Of a DNA stretch of 64,000 nt, positions 13,703 to 25,544 are shown one piece after another. The notes beneath the pieces are model-generated. The model worked only from the letters and a program-made list of their open reading frames with translations, made no database searches and was not told the DNA's origin. The DNA comes from Octopus vulgaris (Eukaryota): the NCBI GenBank assembly GCA_951406725.2, contig OX597818.1, positions 109,740,001 to 109,804,000 of the forward strand. The letters are read 5' to 3'. Position numbers and translations under genes: made by a program. Numbering within the stretch: position 1 is the stretch's first letter; each line of letters opens with the position of its first letter.

Positions 13703-13926
13703 CAATATAGGGTGGCAAAAGAATTCTACAAAATTTTTTTTTTTGCCACCCGCGGCCTAGTGGGAAAAAATTAAATAGTCATAAACCATTTTTAAGTTCA
13801 ACATCAACAATCAAGGAACGGCCATAATAGGCCATTCACCCACTAGAAATAACAGCCAAAAGCTTTAACCGCAAAATAACTTAAATTCCGTAAACCAGGA
13901 GAAAATTGAAAAACATTTACCCTGTA

Positions 13927-14033
13927 ATTTCTTAGACGATGCACCGTTTCATCTTCCGTTTAATGGAAAACTAACCTGATTAAATTAAATCAAGCCAATC
14001 TACCATAGGCCCTTAGATTCATCAGTAAGAAAT
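13927..14033 (-). ncRNA. Type I hammerhead ribozyme, unit 1
   Basis: 8-bp stem I (atttctta/taagaaat), CTGATGA at 14025-14019, a 68-nt stem II domain closed by atct/agat, GAAA at 13950-13947, self-complementary stem III cggtgcatcg, and a GUC site (cut between 13935 and 13934). Confidence 0.88.
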
Positions 14034-14418
14034 AGCCAAACCGGAACAGATATTTTTCACGAGGCATTCTCATTGCTACCTCGTCAATATCTGACCTAAA
14101 ATTTTCAAATCGTCGCACTCGCGCCAAATTTATCGGCAGCAAATAAATATAAGCCGCCGATTCCATTACGGAATTAACCAGAAAATTCATAATTAATCAA
14201 TATAGGGTGGCCAAAAAAATTTTGTAGAATTCTTTTGCCACCAGCGGCCTAGTGGGAAAAAATTAAATAGTCATAAACCATTTTTAAGTTCAACATCAAC
14301 AATCAAGGAACGGCCATAATAGGCCATTCACCCACTAGAAATAACAGCCAAAAGCTTTAACCGCAAAATAACTTAAATTCCGTAAACCAGGAGAAAATTG
14401 AAAAACATTTACCCTGTA

Positions 14419-14525
14419 ATTTCTTAGACGATGCACCGTTTCATCTTCCGTTTAATGGAAAACTAACCTGATTAAATTAAATCAAGCCAATCTACCATAG
14501 GCCCTTAGATTCATCAGTAAGAAAT
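14419..14525 (-). ncRNA. Type I hammerhead ribozyme, unit 2
   Basis: Same sequence as unit 1. Confidence 0.88.
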
Positions 14526-14911
14526 AGCCAAACCGGAACAGATATTTTTCACGAGGCATTCTCATTGCTACCTCGTCAATATCTGACCTAAAATTTTCAA
14601 ATCGTCGCACTCGCGCCAAATTTATCGGCAGCAAATAAATATAAGCCGCCGATTCCATTACGGAATTAACCAGAAAATTCATAATTAATCAATATAGGGT
14701 GGCAAAAAAAATTTTGTAGAATTCTTTTTGCCACCAGCGGCCTAGTGGGAAAAAATTAAATAGTCATAAACCATTTTTAAGTTCAACATCAACAATCAAG
14801 GAACGGCCATAATAGGCCATTCACCCACTAGAAATAACAGCCAAAAGCTTTAACCGCAAAATAACTTAAATTCCGTAAACCAGGAGAAAATTGAAAAACA
14901 TTTACCCTGTA

Positions 14912-15018
14912 ATTTCTTAGACGATGCACCGTTTCATCTTCCGTTTAATGGAAAACTAACCTGATTAAATTAAATCAAGCCAATCTACCATAGGCCCTTA
15001 GATTCATCAGTAAGAAAT
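14912..15018 (-). ncRNA. Type I hammerhead ribozyme, unit 3
   Basis: Same sequence as unit 1. Confidence 0.88.
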
Positions 15019-15393
15019 AGCCAAACCGGAACAGATATTTTTCACGAGGCATTCTCATTGCTACCTCGTCAATATCTGACCTAAAATTTTCAAATCGTCG
15101 CACTCGCGCCAAATTTATCGGCAGCAAATAAATATAAGCCGCCGATTCCATTACGGAATTAACCAGAAAATTCATAATTAATCAATATAGGGTGGCCAAA
15201 AAAATTTTGTAGAATTCTTTTGCCACCAGCGGCCTAGTGGGAAAAAATTAAATAGTCATAAACCATTTTTAAGTTCAACATCAACAATCAAGGAACGGCC
15301 ATAATAGGCCATTCACCCACTAGAAATAACAGCCAAAAGCTTTAACCGCAAAATAACTTAAATTCCGTAAACCAGGAGAAAATTGAAAAACAT

Positions 15394-15495
15394 TTAGACG
15401 ATGCACCGTTTCATCTTCCGTTTAATGGAAAACTAACCTGATTAAATTAAATCAAGCCAATCTACCATAGGCCCTTAGATTCATCAGTAAGAAAT
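15394..15495 (-). ncRNA. Hammerhead ribozyme, unit 4 (stem I truncated by a 15-bp deletion)
   Basis: The core is intact. The plus strand reads catttagacg instead of catttaccctgtaatttcttagacg, leaving about 3 bp of stem I. Confidence 0.75.
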
Positions 15496-15880
15496 AGCCA
15501 AACCGGAACAGATATTTTTCACGAGGCATTCTCATTGCTACCTCGTCAATATCTGACCTAAAATTTTCAAATCGTCGCACTCGCGCCAAATTTATCGGCA
15601 GCAAATAAATATAAGCCGCCGATTCCATTACGGAATTAACCAGAAAATTCATAATTAATCAATATAGGGTGGCAAAAAAAATTTTGTAGAATTCTTTTGC
15701 CACCAGCGGCCTAGTGGGAAAAAATTAAATAGTCATAAACCATTTTTAAGTTCAACATCAACAATCAAGGAACGGCCATAATAGGCCATTCATCCACTAG
15801 AAATAACAGCCAAAAGCTTTAACCGCAAAATAACTTAAATTCCGTAAACCAGGAGAAAATTGAAAAACATTTACCCTGTA

Positions 15881-15987
15881 ATTTCTTAGACGATGCACCG
15901 TTTCATCTTCCGTTTAATGGAAAACTAACCTGATTAAATTAAATCAAGCCAATCTACCATAGGCCCTTAGATTCATCAGTAAGAAAT
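15881..15987 (-). ncRNA. Type I hammerhead ribozyme, unit 5
   Basis: Same sequence as unit 1. Confidence 0.88.
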
Positions 15988-16373
15988 AGCCAAACCGGAA
16001 CAGATATTTTTCACGAGGCATTCTCATTGCTACCTCGTCAATATCTGACCTAAAATTTTCAAATCGTCGCACTCGCGCCAAATTTATCGGCAGCAAATAA
16101 ATATAAGCCGCCGATTCCATTACGGAATTAACCAGAAAATTCATAATTAATCAATATAGGGTGGCAAAAAAAAATTTTGTAGAATTCTTTTGCCACCAGC
16201 GGCCTAGTGGGAAAAAATTAAATAGTCATAAACCTTTTTTAAGTTCAACATCAACAATCAAGGAACGGCCATAATAGGCCATTCACCCACTAGAAATAAC
16301 AGCCAAAAGCTTTAACCGCAAAATAACTTAAATTCCGTAAACCAGGAGAAAATTGAAAAACATTTACCCTGTA

Positions 16374-16478
16374 ATTTCTTAGACGATGCACCGTTTCATC
16401 TTCCGTTTAATGGAAAACTAACCTGATTAAATTAAATCAAGCCAATCTACCATAGGCCCTTCGATTCATCAGTAAGAA
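16374..16478 (-). ncRNA. Type I hammerhead ribozyme, unit 6 (ends at the inversion junction)
   Basis: The core is intact, with one substitution in stem II (plus strand cccttcgattc vs cccttagattc). The array ends within the 5' strand of stem I. Confidence 0.8.
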
Positions 16479-16812
16479 TTATATTTATTTGCTGCCGATA
16501 AATTTGGCGCGAGTGCGACGATTTGAAAATTTTAGGTCAGATATTGACGAGGTAGCAATGAGAATGCCTCGTGAAAAATATCTGTTCCGGTTTGGCTATT
16601 TCTTACTGATGAATCTAAGGGCCTATGGTAGATTGGCTTGATTTAATTTAATCAGGTTAGTTTTCCATTAAACGGAAGATGAAACGGTGCATCGTCTAAA
16701 TGTTTTTCAATTTTCTCCTGGTTTACGGAATTTAAGTTATTTTGCGGTTAAAGCTTTTGGCTGTTATTTCTAGTGGGTGAATGGCCTATTATGGCCGTTC
16801 CTTGATTGTTGA
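16479..16812 (+). mobile_element. Inverted partial copy of the array unit, including a plus-strand hammerhead (16598-16699)
   Basis: Reverse complement of the unit. atttctta-CTGATGA at 16598-16612 and GAAA-cggtgcatcg-TC-taa at 16681-16699. It carries the unit-4 15-bp deletion and ends at (AT)n. Confidence 0.85.
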
Positions 16813-16834
16813 TATATATATATATATATATCAT

Positions 16835-17396
16835 ACGAGGTTGGGAAGCAAAACTTGGAATTTTTTGTAATCCTAATCTTTTTATGTAGCATTGGTCTAT
16901 TATAACATTATTTTCTTTTTTATGTTCAGCATTAGTTCTCATCGTAATTTCATTTGCTTTTTCATGTGCAAGTCCAGCCATGTCACCCCATGAAGCAAAG
17001 AGACAACGCATTGTTTATTTGCTCCGGGCAGGAATTACCAAAAAACGAATTTCTGAGTTATGTAATGTGTCGTTAAGCTCATTTTACCACACCAAGAATC
17101 GTTTGGATAACAACAGAGTCATTCAGGCGAAACAAGGTACTGGAAGAACCAATAATAAGCGAGATCCAGCGTTCTTGAAGGCGCTCAAATCTAAAATTTT
17201 GAAGGATCCAATTACATCCATGAAGAAGTTGGTAATTGCCATGAAAGCTGATGCCAAGACTGGAAGAAATGCTGTTCACTACGATTTAGGCCTGCAATCC
17301 TATGCGCGAACTCCAAGACTCCACCTGACCGACAGCCTGAAACCCAAGGGGCTTAAAAGCGTATTCTTGAAAACAAGATTTTGTTGTAGGTTTTGA
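16835..17396 (+). mobile_element. Tc1/mariner-superfamily transposon, 5' part with truncated transposase (HTH region)
   Basis: TA-CGAGG TIR-like start. ORF MSPHEAKRQRIVYLLRAGITKKRISELCNVSLSS...GTGR...DPITSMKKL...VHYDLGLQSY resembles paired HTH domains. No catalytic domain is present. Confidence 0.7.
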
Positions 17397-17399
17397 CTA

Positions 17400-18560
<1,161 letters not shown>

Positions 18561-18919
18561 TGGCATTGTGGATGGAAAGTTCGAAGAGAGAAAATGAAGA
18601 ATTGCATTGTTATGGCCATCATTGGACAAGATGTTAACAAAATGGGAAACACATTTATGCCACAGAACCTCTCAAAACTAGAAACCAGTATTTAAGCATT
18701 ATCTAAGCCTAATTAGGTTACCTATGAAGAAGAAAACCAAACAATACCAAAGTAAGCGATCCCCACAGATCATGAATTCAAACATTTTCCTCTTTACAAG
18801 AATGTTGACCGACCTAGAATAACGAGACTAAGTTAGAAATTCACAATCGAGCATAACATATATGCATTCTCATCATCAGCTGCCCAAACATATATCACTG
18901 TGGTTTCGACACCCGAGAA

Positions 18920-19330
18920 GGCCTCAAAATACTGTTCTTAGAGTTACTGTAGAAGGCGCAATGATATATGAATCTGAATTCTAGGCACTTAAGAAAGTAA
19001 CAGAAAACAGGCTAGGGTGAACAACGTTTCTGGAGAACAAAATTCACCGATCAGAGTATTATAAAGGAAATATACCCTTATTAAAAGTAACCACCAAACA
19101 CCGCAGACTTAAGTTTGTGGTACACCTGATGGCGAAGGAAAAAATATGTAGTTGTACGTTAAATATTACTATAATAAGCAACATGTGGTAGAAAATAAGA
19201 AGAGGCAGACCTTGTCGAACATGTGGCAGTGGTTCATGGAGGGTATAAATCTTGGGAAAAATTGTGTTGCGGAAAAGATGGAGGACAGAAAAATGTGGAG
19301 GAGACAATAGAATTGAGGTACGCTTGACAG
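18920..19330 (+). mobile_element. Degenerate RTE-like LINE 3' fragment
   Basis: KILFLRVTVEGAMIYESE...LKKVTENRL and TTKHRRLKFVVH resemble the RTE motifs FRATVESVLLYGSETW and RRLRFAGH. Confidence 0.55.
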
Positions 19331-19336
19331 ACTTAT

Positions 19337-19712
19337 ATGCATGCATGCAGACATATATACATATACACATACAAGCATACATACATTCACACACATACAT
19401 ACATACGTACATACGCACACACTTACATATATACGTACGTACATGGATACATGCATACATACACACACATACATACATACACACATACACACATACATAC
19501 ATACATACATACATACATACAAACATACACACACATACATACAAACATACATACATACATACACATATACATACACACATACATACACACATACACATAC
19601 ATACATACATACATACTTACACACACGCACATATATATACATACAAACAAACATGCATACATACATACATACATACATATATACATACATACATACATAC
19701 ATACATTCATAC
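19337..19712. repeat. (CATA)n/(CA)n microsatellite
   Basis: Direct reading. Confidence 0.95.
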
Positions 19713-20318
19713 ATAGCTATAATGAATAAACGCTCTAATTGGTCAAAACAACTTTATAACGTTCGCATATTATCACAAATCGAACATAAATAAATATTTT
19801 TCGGTTTATCGAAATTATAAAATTATCCTCATATGCATACAAGGCAACGTACCTACAAGTTTACGATTTTACACAAAAATCTAGAACTACTAGGTTTTCT
19901 TGAAAAAGTGCGAAAGATGCAAATTGTCCGAATGTATTCTAATGGTGGCACATTGAAGGTTTGTGTGACATTCGAAAGATTACTTGAGGTACTTGGATGT
20001 CTGCATCGTCAGTCCAACCGAGACCCTAACACGACCCTATATATACACACGCCGGGAGCTCTCTGAACACCAAAGTCCTGTTGCTTTGTCAATGACAAGC
20101 TTGAACTCTCTGACGAGGAACTGAAACTCAAAGAAAAATCATACGTATATGCCCCCCCCCCACACACACACATATATAAACATACATACACACACTCACA
20201 TGTGTGTGTGTGTGTGTGTGACTCACCAATTTTGTGCCTCCTGTCTGAAATAATACAATTAAATATTAACGTTGCCACATTCCTCTGAGGCAGTCATTTA
20301 TAAAGTGACGCTAGCTGA

Positions 20319-20595
20319 TTCTTCTTCTTCTTCTTCTTCTTCTTCTTCTTCTTCTTCTTCTTCTTCTTCTTCTTCTTCTTCTTCTTCTTCTTCTTCTTCT
20401 TCTTCTTCTTCTTCTTCTTCTTCTTCTTCTTCTTCTTCTTCTTCTTCTTCTTCTTCTTCTTCTTCTTCCTTTTCCTCCCTCCTTCTTCTTCTTCTTCTTC
20501 TTCTTCTTCTTCTCCTCCTCTTCTTCTTCTTCTTCTTCTTCTTCTTCTTCTTCTTCTCCCCCTTCCTCATCCTCCTCTTCCTCCTCCTCCTCCTT
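20319..20595. repeat. (CTT)n/(CCT)n microsatellite
   Basis: Direct reading. Confidence 0.95.
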
Positions 20596-21145
20596 CTGCT
20601 CTGGTCCCTGTCGACAACAGGGGAGAACTTCATCGGTCGCTCGAAGCAGCTTCATTGTATTTCTTTGGTAAATTCAGGAGATGAGCAAGGGAAACAGTAG
20701 AAACGCCAGCAGTTTCGGATAAACCAATAAGAAACCTGTTCTCTCCAATGGACGATTGGCGAAAATCTATAACACTCTTTGCTCCACAATCTACAATTTC
20801 CAACGCAACTTGTATTTGCTTAAAGCGAACGAAGTCAAACTTTTAAAAACTTCTGCTTTATTGATCTATCGACTCAACAACTTTTGATTCTGGCTTTTGT
20901 TTCACAATGTTTCTTTCAATTGAAATAGTTTAATCGACGATATATTTGTTGTATCGTCATCTGTATATCGGCATTTCTGAACAGAAATTAACTGGACAGT
21001 AGGGGGAAATATATGTCCAAAAGCGTTACATTAGGTTCCGTATGATTCCTTCCCGCATATCTGAGTGAGCAGTACCGTTCTTAACCAGACAGATTTGGAA
21101 TAACAAATCTTAGCTCGATTTGTTCTTCTGGGACACGGCTGACTT

Positions 21146-21177
<32 letters not shown>

Positions 21178-21247
21178 AACAACAACAACAACAACAACAA
21201 CACAACAGCAACAGTTTCGCTGTTCTTTTGATTTGTTACTCCAACTA

Positions 21248-21728
21248 TCAGGTTGGTGCAAAGGTAATGGACAATTTTAAGGTCTCTATTAAAAATTAAA
21301 AAGCCCATGATTAAGACTATATTTATTCGTTACCATAATTTCCATTGCATTCTAGAACTTCATTCCATCTGTCAACAAGCTTATAAATGCCTTGCTTGTA
21401 AAATTGTTTAGATTTTGATGCGAAATATGAATCCAACTAATTTCCAGCCTCTTCTCCTGATGTCAACCTAAAACCATTAAAATGGTTCTGTAGTCCCTGA
21501 AACAAGTGATAATCAGAAGGAGCAAAGCGAGGAAAATATGGAGGATGAAGCAATATTTCCCAACCAAGTTCTTCCAAGAGATCTTTGGTCAGTCTAACTG
21601 TGTGAAGACAAGCATTATCATAGTGGAAGATGACACCCATTCTTTTGACTAAACAGGGCCGCTTTCTATTCAAAGCAGCTTTCAAACGATGAAGTTGATC
21701 ACAGTAGAGATTAGCAGTAATCCCAGCC
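21248..21728 (-). mobile_element. mariner transposon 3' part (DD34D catalytic fragment plus TIR)
   Basis: ORF YCDQLHRLKAALNRKRP...IFHYDNACLH...LGWEILLHPPYFPRFAPSDYHLF (a YSPDLAPSDYHLF variant). TIR TA|tcaggttggtgcaaa at 21246-21262. Confidence 0.88.
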
Positions 21729-22842
21729 AACCAACCTACCTACCTACCTACCTACCTACCTACCTACCTACCTACCTACCTACCTACCTACCTACCTACC
21801 TACCTACCTACCAACCTACCTACCTGTACACATACATGCCTACCCACCTACCTCCTACCTAATTTATTGTTTATTTATTTGTCCCCATCTTAATTATTTT
21901 CATTGCAAAAGGGATTGTGATTGTTTCCTTTTGTATTCTTCATATTTTCCGGATTTCTATTTTTTGGAAATCTTCTCAAGAATGCTGGACGTGGGGGGGG
22001 ATTACTCGTACAATTAGAAATTTCTCCTAGAATGTCTCTTTTCTATCAACCTTGATATCTTTGTCTATTTGATTGGTGTATACCAGAGTTAAGAACTTTT
22101 GTCATTCTCCAGGACCTCTCCCGGTGCATATTTTTACCACTTCCTTTCTTTTAGTACTTCGCAATGCCAACATAGTTTCCTGTGTATAAAAGCCTCAGTT
22201 CTTTTATGTCTGCAGAATTGGTAACCATTGTCCGTTACTTCAGCACAACCTCCAGATTTTTTTAGTTATTTAATATATCCTGTTTAATGCATCCTGTTTC
22301 ATTTCATATTTTGATGGTTTCTACTGAGAAGCCTTTAATTCCGTTCCGCAAGCGAATATTTTTCAGTCTCACTTTCTACATATATTTTCAATCTGTTCAT
22401 ATTTATTTTTCAAATATTAATGTTAAACAAAAAATTCTGTAATTGGTATTCTGTAACTTCATCTTATTTAAATTCTTTCAAAATTACATTGTTGTGGAGG
22501 GAGGGAGTTGGTCGGGGTGTGAAGCAATTTCTATTAGTTTCTTTTGCTTTTTAACAATATTTTTATAATCCTAAAATGAGGATTTGATAATAAATTTCTA
22601 GTTCCAGAATTAACTTATATCTCACTATTCGTGGTTAATATAACTTTTATATGTTTTCTTATTTCTGGGTTCTTTATTAAAAATACAGTCCTTATTTGTC
22701 TTCTTTTCTCGTTCAATCATGTGGATTTCTTTAGTTTCTAATTAAAAACAACAAATTATTACTGGAAGCGTTGTTGCCCATTATATTATTTTATTTTCTT
22801 AGTTATGTCTGCGTCTATAGTATTCCGCCAAAGTCATTTACT

Positions 22843-24692
22843 TACCGTATTTTAACGTGTATAAGGAATTCTCGTGTATAAGGAGACCCCTTATTTTTGA
22901 GGCTTAAAATTTGGAAAAAAGGTTTTGTAAGGGATTATGAGGATCTTTTCTTTTTGAAAGCCAGATTTTTCAAATTTTTTTTTGTTAACTAAATAATTTG
23001 AAACTTCGTATACTGGTAGAATGTGTCAAAAGAAAACAATAATTTCAACTAGTTTTTTTTACAAAAATGTATTTTATAAGTTTATACGTAGTTTAAATCT
23101 GCGAATTTTAACCAATCGTATTCTCTGTATTCAATTGAAATTATTTGCTTCGTCTAAACATATTGTTACTGTGACGTAAACAACACACACGTACTGTTTA
23201 CTTTGGATGAATAATAAACACATGTTCAGTGTTTTTGTATAGGCTTCGGGTGTTTTCTCTATACAATGTATATATTTACTATAAACTTGTGCACACGCTT
23301 TGATTCTTCAGTTTGACACACGCCTTGAACCGGTTATTTGGCTTGTATGCACCCACATACACACACGTGCCCATCCATACGCATACTCGCACATAATCAG
23401 GGCCCCTCTGCGTTTTCGCTCGTCGATGTGCTAGGAATAACACCCAAATCCCCTTAAAACCATATACTACTGGGTTAAAGGAAGGGTACATTGGCTAATA
23501 TAATCATAGATGCTATATCTGAAAAAGGGGGGGGCGCACAAATATGGGTTGGTCATAGTTGGAACCCTTTGATTCTCAACCGGGTTTATCAGGATGACCT
23601 GAGTTAAATAGCAATAACAATATATTTGTAATATTGATTATAGACACAAAGCATATATTTTGGGGTGAGTGGAGGGTATAATCATTTATATCGATCTCCA
23701 ATACTTGATCGATGTATTTTCTCGACCGTGGAAGAACAGACGGCTTGTTTTGAATTCCGGTGAGGGTTGAAACCCGAACGTATAGGACCGTATCCCTAAA
23801 CATTCTAACAGTCCTTTACCAAGCCCTTGTCAGCATGTAATATCATCTGATCCACATTATCTCTCTATTATTTGTCCACGCGTAAAAATATATCATCAAG
23901 GTGACATAGTTAAACTTCGACGAAAAATATAATGTAAAGCTGGCAGAATCGGTAGTGCATCGGATAAAATGCCTAGCGTCATTTCTTACGAATCTTTACG
24001 TTCCGTGTTCGAATATTGCTGAGCTTTCCTTCTTTCGGGCGGCGCTTATAGAATAAGTACCAGTTGAATACAATCGACTAGTTCTTCCCATCAGCTTCAG
24101 GCCTTGTACTTACTGGGGAAAGAAATATTATTAAGGAAGGGGGTGGGCAGTTAAAATGTTTTAAAACGTGGATTTTTCAGAAAAATAAGATTTAATGCGA
24201 ATTACATGTATTTTAGAGTGACGAAAATTACCGAAACCCCTCCAAAAATTTACCATCGAAATTTCATTTTATTCTCGACAGCTATTTCGAAAGCCCGCCG
24301 TATTTTTATTATTATTCTGTCTGTTTAGGACTTTTTTTACATTTAGATAGGTTAACTACGTCACAAAATAGCTGCTTACGTCACAGTAACAATATTTTGA
24401 GAAGCAGTAAATAATATGAGGCCGAAAGAAAGAATATCATTGGTTAAAATTCGAATTTTTAAACAAGGTTAAACTTAGAAATTACAATTCCGTTTTCATT
24501 TTGGTTTACAATTATGTTTTCTTTTGACACATTCTACCAGTATACGAAGTTTCAAATTGTTTAGTTAACTAGGAAAATCTGGCTTTCAAAAGGAAAAGAT
24601 CCGATTATGATACTAACCATATATAAGAAACTCCCATATTTTTAAACCTAATTTTGACAAAAATGTGTTCCTTATACACGTTAAAATACGGT
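22843..24692. mobile_element. Tigger/pogo-like MITE hosting a nested insertion
   Basis: TIRs accgtattttaacgtgtataagga (22844-) and tccttatacacgttaaaatacggt (-24692). Confidence 0.75.
22941..24602. mobile_element. Non-autonomous DNA transposon with long TIRs and 8-bp TSD (Merlin-like)
   Basis: Ends GGATCTTTTC...GAAAAGATCC with imperfect TIRs of about 240 bp. Perfect TSD gattatga at 22933-22940 and 24603-24610. Confidence 0.75.
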
Positions 24693-25544
24693 GATTGTGT
24701 ATGTTTCGTAATTCTGCCTCCGTTTAGGCTGATTTTCTAATTTCTGTGTCGTATCGAACTTGTTAGTGTTTTTCTTAACTTTGCTCTCTTTTCAGTTGCC
24801 ATAACGCTACATTTTCCTAAACGTGAACTCACAACGCAGATACAGAGTAAACGCTGCCAAGCATTTCCCCCAGCGTGCTGACCATTCTGCTAGCTCGTCG
24901 TCTTCTTTGTTCATTCTCTATTAATTTCTTGCAATCTTACTTTTAACATTCCATATTGTTTTGCAAAATTCTCCTAATCCATTTCAAATTATTTCTATAA
25001 TTTCACTTTTAGCTTTGTTTAATTAATAGAAAAATACCTGTACGTTGACGGTGAGGCAGTGGTTTTGCTCATAGAAGAAACTGCATTTTCTCAAATCTTC
25101 TGAATCTCTGTTTTGGAGCAAAGGCCTCTTAAGCTTCTCTGCTATCTACTTCATCATTTGAAATTGTATGCTTTTACGTATCTATCGTTGTTTGCTTGGA
25201 CTTTCTTTCATATCTCTGCCCTCTCTTCTAATTTCACATAGATCAAAAAAGTATTATCATTTTCGTTCTATTCCTTATATTTTGTCCTTTCAATTTGTTC
25301 TTCAGGGAATTTACATTATTTCAATTTATTTTCTACTCAAATCCATTCTCACGAGAAAAAGGAATTATGTCAGTTTCACGAAGAAACTAATTTAGTTTTC
25401 CGCCTTCTACTTCGTTATCTGAAAGATTGCTTTGTTGAAAACTGCTCGTTTTTGTTTCATTTCGTTTCCTCTCTACTTTCAGCTTTTTAATAATCGATAC
25501 ACCTTAAAATTACTCATTAAACTGTTGGAAGAGAAAACAATCCT

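Larger units (their letters stand above)
13701..16478 (-). mobile_element. Tandem array of ~492-bp hammerhead-containing units (about 5.6 copies), non-LTR retrozyme-like
   Basis: Units are near-identical with spacings 492, 493, 477, 492 and 493 bp. Each contains on the minus strand atttctta-CTGATGA-atct...agat-GAAA-cggtgcatcg-TC-taagaaat. The left boundary abuts (TA)n. Confidence 0.85.

Noticed and set aside
13990-14190. 66-aa ORF repeated in every array unit (MNFLVNSVMESAAY...)
   Set aside because: It has no recognisable domain, overlaps the ribozyme core, and recurs only because the DNA is repeated. The 492-nt unit is divisible by 3, but this frame has a stop, so endless circular translation is not supported.
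13701-16478. Array as a CRISPR locus or a Helitron concatemer (hairpin followed by CTAG)
   Set aside because: There are no variable spacers or cas genes. The hairpin plus CTAG is internal and does not mark either array boundary, whereas the complete hammerhead and 5' inversion explain the structure better.
21860-25500. AT-rich purine-skewed flanks of the nested MITEs, possibly an old retroelement ORF on the minus strand
   Set aside because: No diagnostic motif could be read reliably.
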